A stretch of DNA of 64,000 nt from Alphaproteobacteria bacterium (GTDB lineage Bacteria; Pseudomonadota; Alphaproteobacteria; GCA-2731375), in contig CBDDPY010000002.1 of the NCBI GenBank assembly GCA_965232515.1, positions 5,226,193 to 5,290,192 on the forward strand. The letters run 5' to 3'. The notes under the pieces are model-generated. The model searched no databases. It was not told the DNA's origin and saw nothing but the letters and a program-made list of their open reading frames with translations. The position numbers and the translations under genes were made by a program. Shown piece by piece: positions 1-9,567 of this stretch (within the stretch, counting starts at the first letter, position 1; each line of letters begins with the position of its first letter).

Positions 1-506
1 CGCCAGGCTGTCAGTTTGGCCTCGGCCGCCTCGAACACGGGGCCCGTGATGTCGCGCGGCACGAAGGCGTCGGCCAACTCGACATAGCCGGGGTTTTCCG
101 GCGCCGGCTGATCGAAATCGATGTGATTGCGGTTCAGGTCGACGCCTTCCTCCGTCACCCGGCGCAGCCAGGCGAAGCCATAGGGATTGATGGCGTGGAT
201 CATCAGCGCCGCCATGCCGTCCGTGAGGCGCGCCGGCCCGCCGGCGGTCAGCCAGTCGATCTGCGCGCCAGAGCCACAGAAACCCTCGACGCCATGCGTC
301 GCCGACACGGTCGCCAGCACCAGTTTGGCGTCCGTCGGGCCGATCCAGGCGACATCCGTCGCCAGCTCCTCGCCCGCCGGCCCCTGGTTGGGGTTCACAT
401 AGGTCTTGATCGTGCCGCCGGCCGCGTCGACGGCGGCGGCGAAACGCGTGCGCGCTTCGGTATAGTCGGCCGAAAAGCAGGCCGACAGCTCCATCCCATG
501 GTCCAT
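1..506 (-). CDS. DUF2817 / M14 zinc-carboxypeptidase-like protein (3' end runs off window)
   Basis: Absent from the ORF track because it is open to the window edge. ATG at 506 (complement) follows GGGAAAG. My translation MDHGMELSACFSADYTEARTRF...ATHGVEGFCGSGAQ...INPYGFAWLRRVTEEGVDLNRNH carries motifs typical of this family. Confidence 0.7.
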   Translation of the reverse strand, partial: MDHGMELSACFSADYTEARTRFAAAVDAAGGTIKTYVNPNQGPAGEELATDVAWIGPTDAKLVLATVSATHGVEGFCGSGAQIDWLTAGGPARLTDGMAALMIHAINPYGFAWLRRVTEEGVDLNRNHIDFDQPAPENPGYVELADAFVPRDITGPVFEAAEAKLTAW

Positions 507-607
507 TTTTCTTTCCCGTAAATGACAGGCTGAGCCGCACACTATATTTTCGAGTGCGGGCGGCTTTCAAAGCCAATCGTCGGTTATTGCATTCGGGAGT
601 GGCCGAT

Positions 608-1321
608 ATGGGCGCGGCGGACATCAAGGCCTGTCTATTCGACGTGTTCGGCACCGTGGTCGATTGGCGCGGCAGCATCACGCGCGAGGGCGAGGCGTTG
701 GGCCGCGCCAAGGGCATCGAGGCGGACTGGGCCGCCTTCGCCGACGGTTGGCGCGGGCTCTACCAGCCAGCGATGGAGAAGGTGCGCAGCGGCGGCATGG
801 ATTGGGTCGCGCTCGACGTGCTGCACCGCATGAACCTGGACGAGATGCTGGCGAAACACGGCATCGACAATCTCACGGAAGACGAGATCGACCACTTCAA
901 CCGGGCCTGGCACCGGCTCGATCCGTGGCCGGATTCCGTCGTTGGCCTGACCCGGCTGAAAGCCAAGTTCATCATCGCCACGCTGTCGAACGGCAATATC
1001 GCGCTGATGGTCAACATGGCGAAGCGCGCCGGCTTGCCCTGGGACATGGTGCTCGGCGCCGAGATCGCCCGGGCCTACAAGCCGCAACCGGAGGCCTATC
1101 TCCGCTCCTGCGCCGCGCTCGGCCTCGACCCCGGCCAATGCATGCTGGTCGCCGCGCACAACAGCGACCTGGTCGCCGCCGGCGATTGCGGCATGCGCAC
1201 CGCCTTCGTCTCCCGTCCGACAGAATACGGCCCGCACCAGGACAGAGATTTCGAAGCCGAGCACGATTTCGACTATGTCGCGCGGGATTTCCTCGACCTG
1301 GCCGACCAGTTGGGGTGTTGA
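608..1321 (+). CDS. haloacid dehalogenase type II (HAD superfamily)
   Basis: Internal ATG of ORF 554..1321. N-terminal DVFGTVVDW (HAD motif I) and the TLSNG and AAHNSDL motifs. Confidence 0.85.
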   Translation: MGAADIKACLFDVFGTVVDWRGSITREGEALGRAKGIEADWAAFADGWRGLYQPAMEKVRSGGMDWVALDVLHRMNLDEMLAKHGIDNLTEDEIDHFNRAWHRLDPWPDSVVGLTRLKAKFIIATLSNGNIALMVNMAKRAGLPWDMVLGAEIARAYKPQPEAYLRSCAALGLDPGQCMLVAAHNSDLVAAGDCGMRTAFVSRPTEYGPHQDRDFEAEHDFDYVARDFLDLADQLGC

Positions 1322-1332
1322 GGCGTATTCTG

Positions 1333-1362
1333 CTGGATGCCCGCGTCAAGCGCGGGCATGAC
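1333..1362. repeat. REP-like 30-bp palindromic element (family GTCAT-stem-loop-stem-ATCCAG), inverted orientation
   Basis: ctggATGCCCGCGtcaagCGCGGGCATgac; same family as the copies at 1392, 9945, 22106 and 22166. Confidence 0.75.
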
Positions 1363-1391
1363 GAGTAAGCTATTGAAATTATTGCGACACC

Positions 1392-1421
1392 GTCATTGCC
1401 GGGCTTGACCCGGCAATCCAG
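1392..1421. repeat. REP-like 30-bp palindromic element
   Basis: GTCATTGCCGGGcttgaCCCGGCAATCCAG, a perfect 9-bp stem in intergenic DNA. Confidence 0.75.
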
Positions 1422-1457
1422 CCATAGATGCGACGGCGCAGATAACTCGGCGCTACG

Positions 1458-3800
1458 CTAACTGCACTTCGAATAGCCGCAGCTGATGCAGGTGTCGCAG
1501 TTCTCCTGCCGGATCAGGCTGGGCGAGCCGCATTTCGGGCAGCCGCGCAGGCGCGGCCGCTGGTCGTCGCCGGCACTGTCGCCGGCCGCGGCCGCGAGCG
1601 CCACGACGTCGCTCTCGGCGTCCCCGCTTTCGGCCTTCGGATCGGGGATGAAGCCGATGGCGATCATGTGCCGCTCGATAACCTCGCCGATCGCCGCCAG
1701 CAGCGACGGCACGTAGTGGCCGGAGACCCAGTGGCCGCCGCGCGGATCGAACACCGCCTTCAACTCGTCGACCACGAAGGAAACATCGCCGCCGCGCCGG
1801 AACACGGCCGAGATCATCCGCGTCAGCGCCACGGTCCAGGCGAAGTGCTCCATATTCTTGGAGTTGATGAACACCTCGAAGGGCCGCCGCCGGCCATCTT
1901 GAATCACGTCATTGACGGTGATGTACATGGCGTGGTCGCTTTCCGGCCACTTCACCTTGTAGGTGCTGCCGGGCAGCGCCTCCGGCCGGTCCAGCGGTCG
2001 GGTCATGTAGACGACACCGCCGGCCTCGAATTCATCCCGCGGTTTCGGCGGCGGCGCCTCGAACGGCAGTTCCGGTTCGCCCGCCTTGGCCGCGGCGTCG
2101 GCCGCGTCCTTCACCGACAGCACTGCGCCGGTCACATCGTTCGGCCGATAGGTCGTGCAGCCCTTGCAGCCGGTGTCGTAGGCCTGCATGTAGACGTCCT
2201 TGAAGGCCTCGAACGAGATGTCCTCGGGGCAGTTGATGGTCTTCGAGATCGAGCTGTCGATGTATTTCTGCACCGCCGCCTGCATGCGCACATGGTCCGC
2301 CGGCTGCAGGGTCTGGGCGTCGACGAAATAGTCCGGCAGCTGCGCCGCCTCGCCGAATTTCGCCCGGAACAGGCGGTAGGCGTAGTCGGTGACCGGCTCT
2401 TCCTGTCGGCTGCCGTCGGGCAGCGTGACGTAGCGGTTGTAGGTGAAGCTGAACACCGGCTCCAGGCCGCTGGAGACGTTGTCGGCGAACAGCGAGATCG
2501 TACCGGTCGGCGCCACCGAAGTGATCAGCGCGTTGCGCACGCCATGTTTGCGGATGGCGGCGCGCACATCGTCGTCCAAGCCGGCCACCGTCTCGCCGGC
2601 GAGAAACTTCTCGGCGTCATAGAGCGGGAAGGCGCCTTTTTCGGCGGCAAGGTCGGCGCTGGCGAGATAGGCCGCGCGCTGCAGCGCCTTCAGCCAGCTC
2701 TCGGTCAGCGCGATGGCCCGTTCGGCGCCGTAGCGCGCCTTGCAGAAGATCAGCGCGTCGGCGAGCCCGGTGACGCCGAGCCCGATGCGCCGCTTGGCCA
2801 AGGCCTCATGCTGCTGCTGCGGCAGCGGAAAGCGCGACACGTCGGTCACGTTGTCCATCATCCGCACGGCCGTGCGCACCAGCTCGTCCAGCGCCGTGAG
2901 GTCCACATGCGGATCCTCGCCGAACGGATCCACCACCAGCCGCGCCAGATTCACCGACCCCAGCAGACAGGCGCCATAGGGCGGCAATGGCTGTTCGCCG
3001 CAAGGATTGGTTGAATGAATTTCTTCGCAATAATGGAGATTGTTGCGGCGGTTGATGCGGTCGATGAAGATCACGCCGGGCTCGGCATAGGCGTAGGTCG
3101 CCTGCATGATCCGGTCCCACAGCGCGCGGGCCCGCACGGTCTTGTAGACCCGGCCATCGAAGACCAGGTCCCAGGCGTCGTCGGCCTTGACCGCGGCCAT
3201 GAATGGATCGGTCGCCAGCACCGACAGGTTGAACATGCGTAAGCGCCCCGGCTCCTGCTTCGAGTCGATGAACGCCTCGATGTCCGGATGGTCGCAGCGC
3301 ATGGTCGCCATCATGGCGCCGCGGCGGTGGCCGGCGCTCATGATCGTGCGGCACATGGCGTCCCAGACGTCCATGAAGGTGAGCGGGCCCGAGGCGTCGG
3401 CGCCGACGCCCTTCACCGGCGCGCCCTTAGGCCTGAGCGTCGAGAAGTCGTAGCCGATGCCGCCGCCCTGCTGCATGGTCAGCGCGGCCTCTTTCAAATG
3501 CTCGAAGATGCCGCCCATGTCGTCCGGGATCGTGCCCATGACGAAGCAGTTGAACAGCGTCACGTTCCGGTCCGTGCCGGCGCCGGCGACGATGCGCCCG
3601 GCGGGCAGGAACTTGAAATCCTGCAACGCCGTCTGAAACCGGGGCGCCCATGCGTCCGGCTCGGTCTCGACCGCGGCCAGCGCCTTGGCGATCCGCGCCC
3701 AGGTCTCGTCGATCGTGTTGTCGACCGGCGTCCCGTCCGGCGTTTTCAGCCGGTACTTCATGTCCCAGATCTGCTGCGAAATCGGTGCGACGGTGGACAT
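1458..3800 (-). CDS. nrdJ: adenosylcobalamin-dependent (class II) ribonucleotide reductase
   Basis: 780-aa ORF with MDVWDAMC, STNPCGEQPL, TSVAPTGTISL and a C-terminal CPKCG...CDTCISCG zinc ribbon, as in class II RNRs. Confidence 0.95.
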   Translation of the reverse strand: MSTVAPISQQIWDMKYRLKTPDGTPVDNTIDETWARIAKALAAVETEPDAWAPRFQTALQDFKFLPAGRIVAGAGTDRNVTLFNCFVMGTIPDDMGGIFEHLKEAALTMQQGGGIGYDFSTLRPKGAPVKGVGADASGPLTFMDVWDAMCRTIMSAGHRRGAMMATMRCDHPDIEAFIDSKQEPGRLRMFNLSVLATDPFMAAVKADDAWDLVFDGRVYKTVRARALWDRIMQATYAYAEPGVIFIDRINRRNNLHYCEEIHSTNPCGEQPLPPYGACLLGSVNLARLVVDPFGEDPHVDLTALDELVRTAVRMMDNVTDVSRFPLPQQQHEALAKRRIGLGVTGLADALIFCKARYGAERAIALTESWLKALQRAAYLASADLAAEKGAFPLYDAEKFLAGETVAGLDDDVRAAIRKHGVRNALITSVAPTGTISLFADNVSSGLEPVFSFTYNRYVTLPDGSRQEEPVTDYAYRLFRAKFGEAAQLPDYFVDAQTLQPADHVRMQAAVQKYIDSSISKTINCPEDISFEAFKDVYMQAYDTGCKGCTTYRPNDVTGAVLSVKDAADAAAKAGEPELPFEAPPPKPRDEFEAGGVVYMTRPLDRPEALPGSTYKVKWPESDHAMYITVNDVIQDGRRRPFEVFINSKNMEHFAWTVALTRMISAVFRRGGDVSFVVDELKAVFDPRGGHWVSGHYVPSLLAAIGEVIERHMIAIGFIPDPKAESGDAESDVVALAAAAGDSAGDDQRPRLRGCPKCGSPSLIRQENCDTCISCGYSKCS

Positions 3801-3904
3801 GTCGAAGACTACCGTGGTTCAGGTTGCGGCGGCCGGATTGTAATGCCGGCAGGCGCTGACGGAAACAAACGATGTCCGCGCTCGAAGGTGATATGAATTT
3901 CGAT

Positions 3905-3938
3905 CATACATCGATGTTCTTGTTTTGTACATATGCGC
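3905..3938 (-). promoter_or_regulatory. candidate NrdR-box pair upstream of nrdJ
   Basis: Perfect palindrome ACATCGATGT (3908-3917) and a second palindromic core CATATG inside tgtACATATGcg (3930-3935). Their centres are about 20 bp apart, in the AT-richer 5' region of nrdJ. Confidence 0.3.
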
Positions 3939-4092
3939 CTGTTCGTGTTATCGACCGGACGAGATCATTTGTGCCCGTGATTCCCGATATCAACAGCCCT
4001 GCCATCTGGTTTGCGCGTACAGTCGGCCGTTATCCAACAACAATCCACAGGATGTGCAGCAATCGGTTCGCCGGCGGGCCGGTGATTAGGGC

Positions 4093-4842
4093 CTAAAACC
4101 CACCACCGACCGGCAGAATAGCCCCCGTGAGATAGTCCGGCGCGTCGCAGATCAGCCAGACAATGCTCTGGGCGATCTCGTCGGCGGTGCCGGCGCGCTT
4201 GACCGGGATCCGTTCGGCCAGCGCCGCGACCCGGTCCGGTGCGCCCGCCCGGGCATGGATTTCGGTGTCGACCAGGCCCGGCGCCAGCGCGTTCACGCGG
4301 ATGCCCTCGTCTGCCACTTCCAGCGCCAGGCCCTTGGTGAAGGTGTCGATGGCGGCCTTCGAGGCGGCATAGTCGACCCAGTCGTTCGGGCTGCCGCGAC
4401 CAGCGGCGGTCGACGAGACGTTGACGATGCGGCCGCCGGCGCCGCCACGCGCGGTCGACATGCGGCGCACGGCCTCGCGGGCGCAAAGGAACGGCCCCGC
4501 GACATTGACCCGCAGCACCCGGTCCAGGATGTCGGCGTCCTGATCCACCACCCGGCGGCCGTTCGGGCCGGTATAGCCGGCATTGTTGACAAGCGCCGTT
4601 ATGGACCCGAGGTCGCGGTCGACGGTCTCGAACAGGGCGACGATGTCGGCCTCGCGCGCCATGTCGGCCTGCGCGGCGATGGCCCGGCCGCCCGATCCCT
4701 CGATCTCGGCGACGATCGCGGCCGCTTCGGCGGCGCTGTCGCGGTGATTGACACAGACGGCATGGCCGCGGGCGGCCAGCAATCGGGCCGTCGCAGCGCC
4801 AATGCCACGGCTGGCGCCGGTGATGAGTGCGATCCCGGTCAT
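4093..4842 (-). CDS. SDR-family oxidoreductase
   Basis: Internal ATG of ORF 4093..5601. MTGIALITGASRGIGAATA (TGxxxGIG), NNAG and YAASKAA motifs. Confidence 0.9.
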   Translation of the reverse strand: MTGIALITGASRGIGAATARLLAARGHAVCVNHRDSAAEAAAIVAEIEGSGGRAIAAQADMAREADIVALFETVDRDLGSITALVNNAGYTGPNGRRVVDQDADILDRVLRVNVAGPFLCAREAVRRMSTARGGAGGRIVNVSSTAAGRGSPNDWVDYAASKAAIDTFTKGLALEVADEGIRVNALAPGLVDTEIHARAGAPDRVAALAERIPVKRAGTADEIAQSIVWLICDAPDYLTGAILPVGGGF

Positions 4843-5603
4843 GCGGTCTCCTCTCGCGCCTGGGCGACGGCGGTCGCGGCCTGCGCTTCCGCCTCCAGCC
4901 GCGCCGTACCGCCTTCGATGCGCTCGGTCAACATGGCCATGAAGCCGCGCCGGTCGAGGCCGGGCGGGATCGGTTCCTGATATTCCAGTACGATTGTGCC
5001 CGGCTGCTTCAGGAAGCTGCGCCGGGCCCAGAACAGACCGGAATTCAGCGACACCGGCACCACCGGTATGTCGAGCGCGCGATAAAGCGCGGCGACGCCC
5101 GGCTGATAGGGCGTCGCCTCGACCGGCGCGCCGGGCGCGGTCCGCGTGCCCTGCGGGAAGATCACGATCGGCCGGCCGGCGGCGATCTCGGCCCGGGCGT
5201 CGGCGACCATGGCCTTCAGGGCCGACGGTCCGCCGGCACGGTCGACGGCGATCATCCGGCTCTTGCGGCACATCTGGCCGTAAATCGGGATCGACAGCAG
5301 CTCCTTCTTCAGCACGATGGCCGGATCGTCCAGCTCGGTGTGCCAGATCAGCGTGTCCCAGGCGGACTGGTGCTTGGCCGCGGCGATGAACGGCCCGGCC
5401 GGCAGCCGGTCCCTGCCGCGGATTTCGACCCGGATGCCGACGATTGTCCGCAACAGCGCGTTGACGTGGTTGGTCCAGCGGCGCTGGCCGCCGACCAGAA
5501 TATGCCGTGGCATGAACAGCGACGGCGCGTAATAGAGCACCAGCACCGCCGACCATACGAAGAACGCCGTATTGAACGCCAGTGCGCGGACTTTGGTCCA
5601 CAT
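4839..5603 (-). CDS. plsC: 1-acyl-sn-glycerol-3-phosphate acyltransferase
   Basis: Internal ATG of ORF 4839..6200. HQSAWD (HX4D) and FPQGTR acyltransferase motifs. ATGA overlap with the downstream SDR gene. Confidence 0.8.
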   Translation of the reverse strand: MWTKVRALAFNTAFFVWSAVLVLYYAPSLFMPRHILVGGQRRWTNHVNALLRTIVGIRVEIRGRDRLPAGPFIAAAKHQSAWDTLIWHTELDDPAIVLKKELLSIPIYGQMCRKSRMIAVDRAGGPSALKAMVADARAEIAAGRPIVIFPQGTRTAPGAPVEATPYQPGVAALYRALDIPVVPVSLNSGLFWARRSFLKQPGTIVLEYQEPIPPGLDRRGFMAMLTERIEGGTARLEAEAQAATAVAQAREETA

Positions 5604-5617
5604 GCCGGGCGGGCCGG

Positions 5618-6274
5618 TCACGTGGTGCCGTTGGCGGCGAGACCGGGGCCGGCCTGAACCCGCAGCAGGCTGACCAGATACTTGTTGAACTCGACGGCCA
5701 ACAGCTTCGCCGTGCCGGGCCACAGCCACCAGCGCGCTTGCTTCACATGGGCCGGGAACACCGGATTGGCGACCAGTTCGACGTCGGGCATGTAGTGGCG
5801 GAACAGCAGCAGGCTGCGCGGCATATGATAGCTGGCCGTGACCACCCGCAACGAGCGGTAGCCGCCGCTCTTGACCCACATGGCGGTCTCGACGGCGTTG
5901 CCCACGGTGTCGACGGCCTCGTGACCGAGATCGACGCAACAGGCGAAGCGCTCCGGCGTCGTCGGGCTTTGCGCGCGCAAGGCCTCGGCCGTGGTCGCCC
6001 GGTCGACGCCAGATATCAACAGTCGCTTGGCGCGGTCCTGCACCAGCAGCGCCAGGCCCACGTCCAGCCGCTCGGCGCCGCCGGTCAGCACGACGATGGC
6101 GTCGGTGATGCCGTCGGGATCGTCCACTGCCTGCGGCAGGCTGTTGGCGAAATAGATCAACCCGCCCAGCCAGATGCAGACGAGGCCGCCGATCAGCCAC
6201 AACAGCGACGGCAGAATCGGCCGCCGCATGGCGGCCTCTGATTTGCGCAGCTTGGCTTCCTTGTAGTCGTTCAT
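5618..6274 (-). CDS. YdcF/ElyC-family (DUF218) protein
   Basis: 218 aa with an N-terminal TM helix and the DAIVVLTGG...ISG pattern of DUF218. Confidence 0.75.
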   Translation of the reverse strand: MNDYKEAKLRKSEAAMRRPILPSLLWLIGGLVCIWLGGLIYFANSLPQAVDDPDGITDAIVVLTGGAERLDVGLALLVQDRAKRLLISGVDRATTAEALRAQSPTTPERFACCVDLGHEAVDTVGNAVETAMWVKSGGYRSLRVVTASYHMPRSLLLFRHYMPDVELVANPVFPAHVKQARWWLWPGTAKLLAVEFNKYLVSLLRVQAGPGLAANGTT

Positions 6275-6336
6275 CTCAACCTCACGCCGCGGTCAGGCGT
6301 CCGGTCGGACACAATTCTCGCCGTCATGGTGCGGTC

Positions 6337-7212
6337 CTACGGCATCCGCGACAGGGCCCGCAACACCGTCGTGCGCGCAGTGACCAATGCGATCAGCGCG
6401 GCCGACGCCGGGATCAGCAACAAGAGCGCCGCCTGCAAGGGTGGCAGCAGCAGTTCCGGCAGGACCAGCATGCCGAGATCGTTGGCGGCGTAGCCGAGCG
6501 GCAGCAGGGTCAACGCGGCCAAGACCAACCCCACCAGACCGCCGCGCAGCCCCATGGCCAGCGCGTGATTCTGGAAATGCCGGGCAATATAGGCGTCGCG
6601 GGCGCCGATCAGATGCAACACCTCGATCACATCGTGATGCGCGGCGAAAGCGGCGCGGGTGGCGAACACGATCACGCAGATCATGGCGAGGCCGATCAGC
6701 AGCACGATACCGGCGGCCAGCAGCTGCAGGCTGCGCGCGAGATGCACCAGCCGGTCGAGCCAGGCCGTGTGATTGTCGATGCGGGCGCCCGGCACGCGCT
6801 CGGCCAGCCGTTCGGCCAGCCGGTCGATGTCGAGGCCTTGCGCGCTGTCCAACTGCACGTCGATCAGGCGCGGCACCGGCAGATCGTCGATCAAGTTGTT
6901 CTGGCCCAGCCATGGCTCCAGCAACAGCGCGATCTCGTCGCGCGCCAGCGGCCGGGCGTCCCGCACGCCGGCGGTCGCGCGCAGCAGCCCGACGGCGTCC
7001 TCGACGCGGGCGCTCATGTCGGCGTCCGGATCGGCGGCGATCTCGACGGTCAGCGTGCCGGTCAGCGATGTGTTCCAGCCGCGGATCGCCGTGTCGGTCG
7101 CCAGCGCGCCCGCCATCATCAACGTCGCCAGGAAGGTCATGACCGCGATCACCCAGGGCAGGAAACGGCCGGCGCCTTCGCTGTCGGGAACCAGGACGGG
7201 CTGCTTCGCCAT
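6337..7212 (-). CDS. ftsX: cell-division ABC transporter permease FtsX
   Basis: 291 aa, four-TM FtsX-like layout, immediately downstream of ftsE. Confidence 0.85.
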   Translation of the reverse strand: MAKQPVLVPDSEGAGRFLPWVIAVMTFLATLMMAGALATDTAIRGWNTSLTGTLTVEIAADPDADMSARVEDAVGLLRATAGVRDARPLARDEIALLLEPWLGQNNLIDDLPVPRLIDVQLDSAQGLDIDRLAERLAERVPGARIDNHTAWLDRLVHLARSLQLLAAGIVLLIGLAMICVIVFATRAAFAAHHDVIEVLHLIGARDAYIARHFQNHALAMGLRGGLVGLVLAALTLLPLGYAANDLGMLVLPELLLPPLQAALLLLIPASAALIALVTARTTVLRALSRMP

Positions 7213-7215
7213 TTC

Positions 7216-7893
7216 TCAGCCCACCCGGCTGACGCCGCTGACGTCGCTCAACTCGCCGTTCTCGATCACCAGCCGCGGATGCTGGAAGCGGTTGACTAGC
7301 GACTTGTTGTGTGTCGCCACCACGACCGTGGTGCCGGTTTTGTGCAATTCCTCGAACAGGCGCACCAGTCGATAGCCGACATGGTCATCGACATTGCCGG
7401 TGGGCTCGTCGGCCAACAGCAGGTTGGGCTTGCTGATCACTGCGCGGGCGATGGCGACGCGTTGCTGCTCGCCGCCGGACAGCGTCGTCGGCCGGGCCTG
7501 CAGTTTCTCGCCCAGCCCAACCCATTCCAGCAGCTCGACCGCGTTGTCGCGCACCCGCGGTCCGTCATCGCCGGCGATTCGCATCGGCAATGCGACATTG
7601 TCCAGCACGCTCAAGTGATTCAGCAGGCGGAAGTCTTGAAACACGATGCCGATCTGCCGCCGCAGCGCCGGCAGATCGGCGCGCGTCATTGTCGACACGT
7701 CATGGCCCAGCAGCGTGACCAAACCGCGCGACGGCCGTTGCGCCAGATAGAGCAGCTTCAGCAGCGACGACTTGCCGGCGCCGCTCGGACCGGTCAGGAA
7801 GCTGAAGGTGCCAGCATTGAGCGTAAAGCTGATATCGCGCAACACTTCCGGGCCGCGGCCGTAGCGCATGCCGACATTCTCGAATCGGACCAC
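7216..7893 (-). CDS. ftsE: cell-division ATP-binding protein FtsE
   Basis: GPSGAGKSS Walker A, LSGGEQQR signature, LLLADEPTG Walker B. The GTG at 7893 ([11 protein letters not shown]) is preferred over the ATG at 7935 because GGAGGA lies upstream; the start remains uncertain. Confidence 0.9.
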   Translation of the reverse strand: MVRFENVGMRYGRGPEVLRDISFTLNAGTFSFLTGPSGAGKSSLLKLLYLAQRPSRGLVTLLGHDVSTMTRADLPALRRQIGIVFQDFRLLNHLSVLDNVALPMRIAGDDGPRVRDNAVELLEWVGLGEKLQARPTTLSGGEQQRVAIARAVISKPNLLLADEPTGNVDDHVGYRLVRLFEELHKTGTTVVVATHNKSLVNRFQHPRLVIENGELSDVSGVSRVG

Positions 7894-8112
7894 CGAGATT
7901 GAGATCCTCCAACTGCGGCGGCGCGAGCATGCCATGGCCCGGCGCCGTCAGTCCAGCAACACGGAACCACACGATCTTGCCGAAAGGTAAACAAACGCCT
8001 ACAACTCGGCGAAGATGCAAGCCAAAACAGGATCATCAACGGGGTCGGCGTGTGAAGGGCGGATGAGTGGGGATACCTTCGTGAGACAACCCGCTGGGCC
8101 GACGCGCATGGC

Positions 8113-8964
8113 ATGATCCTGACTTGTCCTTCCTGTGCCACCCGGTACATGGTCGACGCGACAGCGTTGGGCGACGGTGGTCGGACCGTGAAATGCGTGC
8201 GCTGCGGTCACCGATGGCATCAGACACCGGTCGACGAAGAGGTGCCGGCGGCCGAGGTCGCGTCAGCTGTGGCCGAACCCGCGCCGGAACCGGAACCCGC
8301 GGCCGAAGCCGAACCGGAATCGGGCGTCGACTCCGAGCCCGACGCGTCGGCCATGGCCGCCGCGATGACCGAGGCCATGGAGACGGCCGATGCGGCGTCC
8401 GAACCCGCCGAATCTACGCCCGAACCCGCCGCACCGGCCGAATCGGTGCCGGAAACGCCTGCGGATCCGCCGGCAGCGCCACCGCCGCCGTCTGTCGCGG
8501 CCAGTGCGACAGGCGGTGGCCGCTGGCTGTGGGTCGGCTGGGTGATGCTTGTGGTTTTCGTGGCCGGTATCGTCGGCGGCGTCGTAATGTTCCGCGAACC
8601 GTTGGTCGCGTTCTGGCCGCCGGCATCGCAGCTCTACGAGATCGTCAAGCTGCCCGAGGAACCGCCGCCGCCGGAGGAGTTCGCGCTCGATATCGGCAAT
8701 GTCACGTTCGAGCGCGCGCGCGAGGGCGGTCAGCCCGTATTGCTGGTCGGTGGCGAGATATCGAACACCAGCGAGATCGCGCAGGAGGTGCCGCGCCTGC
8801 GCGTGGCGCTCAGCGACGAGGCGGGCGAGGAAATCTTCCATTGGACCGTGACGTTGGCGGCCAGCGAGCTTGCCGCCGGCCAGCAGGTGCCGTTCAATAC
8901 GCGCCTGCCGAATCCGCCGGCGAATGCCCGCAGCCTTGCCGTCACGTTCATTGTCGAACCCTAG
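8113..8964 (+). CDS. MJ0042-type zinc-ribbon / DUF3426 protein
   Basis: N-terminal CPSCATRY...KCVRCGH zinc ribbon, a Pro/Glu/Ala-rich linker and one TM helix. It sits at the usual position beside ftsEX. Confidence 0.8.
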   Translation: MILTCPSCATRYMVDATALGDGGRTVKCVRCGHRWHQTPVDEEVPAAEVASAVAEPAPEPEPAAEAEPESGVDSEPDASAMAAAMTEAMETADAASEPAESTPEPAAPAESVPETPADPPAAPPPPSVAASATGGGRWLWVGWVMLVVFVAGIVGGVVMFREPLVAFWPPASQLYEIVKLPEEPPPPEEFALDIGNVTFERAREGGQPVLLVGGEISNTSEIAQEVPRLRVALSDEAGEEIFHWTVTLAASELAAGQQVPFNTRLPNPPANARSLAVTFIVEP

Positions 8965-9010
8965 GGCGCGGTCGCATGCCGGTCCGCGCGCAAAAACGTT
9001 GAGGTAGGTT

Positions 9011-9559
9011 GTGAGCAGGCCGGAAGCGCAGGTCGAGATCCTTTATTCCGCCGGCGAGATCGACGCACGGGTCACCGCGTTGGCCGAGGAGATCGCCGAA
9101 TCGCTCGGCGACGACCTGATGATTATCGCGGTGCTCAAGGGCAGCTTCGTGTTCGCCGCCGATCTGCTGCGGGCGCTGCACCATACCGGCGCGCACCCGC
9201 AGGTCGACTTCATGTCGCTGTCGAGCTACGGCAAGGGCATGAAAAGCAGCGGCACGGTCACTGTCCTGCGCGACATCACCGACGACGTTGCCGGCCGCAA
9301 CGTCCTGCTCGTCGACGATATCCTCGAATCCGGCCGGACGCTCGCGTTCGCCCGCGACCTGATCCGCGACCGCGGCGCCGCCCGGGTCGAGATCTGCGTG
9401 CTGCTGGAGAAGCCGGGCAAGCGCAAGGCCGAGGTCACCGCCGATCATATCGGCTTCGAAACGCCCGATCTGTTCGTGGTCGGCTATGGCCTGGACTATG
9501 CCAACTTCTATCGCGAACTGCCGTATATCGGCGTCGTCCAGAATGGCAACGCGGACTGA
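9011..9559 (+). CDS. hpt: hypoxanthine phosphoribosyltransferase
   Basis: GTG start after GAGGTAGG. VLLVDDILESGRTL PRPP-binding motif. Confidence 0.9.
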   Translation: MSRPEAQVEILYSAGEIDARVTALAEEIAESLGDDLMIIAVLKGSFVFAADLLRALHHTGAHPQVDFMSLSSYGKGMKSSGTVTVLRDITDDVAGRNVLLVDDILESGRTLAFARDLIRDRGAARVEICVLLEKPGKRKAEVTADHIGFETPDLFVVGYGLDYANFYRELPYIGVVQNGNAD

Positions 9560-9567
9560 GGCTCGGC

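Noticed and set aside
3801-4092. Possible cobalamin riboswitch in the long 5' region of the B12-dependent nrdJ.
   Set aside because: I could not find a B12-box-like core or the expected multi-stem architecture on the minus strand. Riboswitch control is expected on B12-independent isozymes rather than on nrdJ itself.
4093-6200. Track ORFs of 502 aa (4093..5601) and 453 aa (4839..6200) taken at face value.
   Set aside because: The N-terminal extensions are Arg/Pro-rich and overlap neighbouring genes. Internal ATGs at 4842 and 5603 give proteins of canonical SDR and PlsC length, with an ATGA coupling overlap.
8124-9002. 292-aa ORF overlapping the zinc-ribbon gene in another frame.
   Set aside because: Its product is Arg/Gly-rich low complexity. 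The 8113 frame has the CPxC...CxxCG zinc ribbon and a TM helix.
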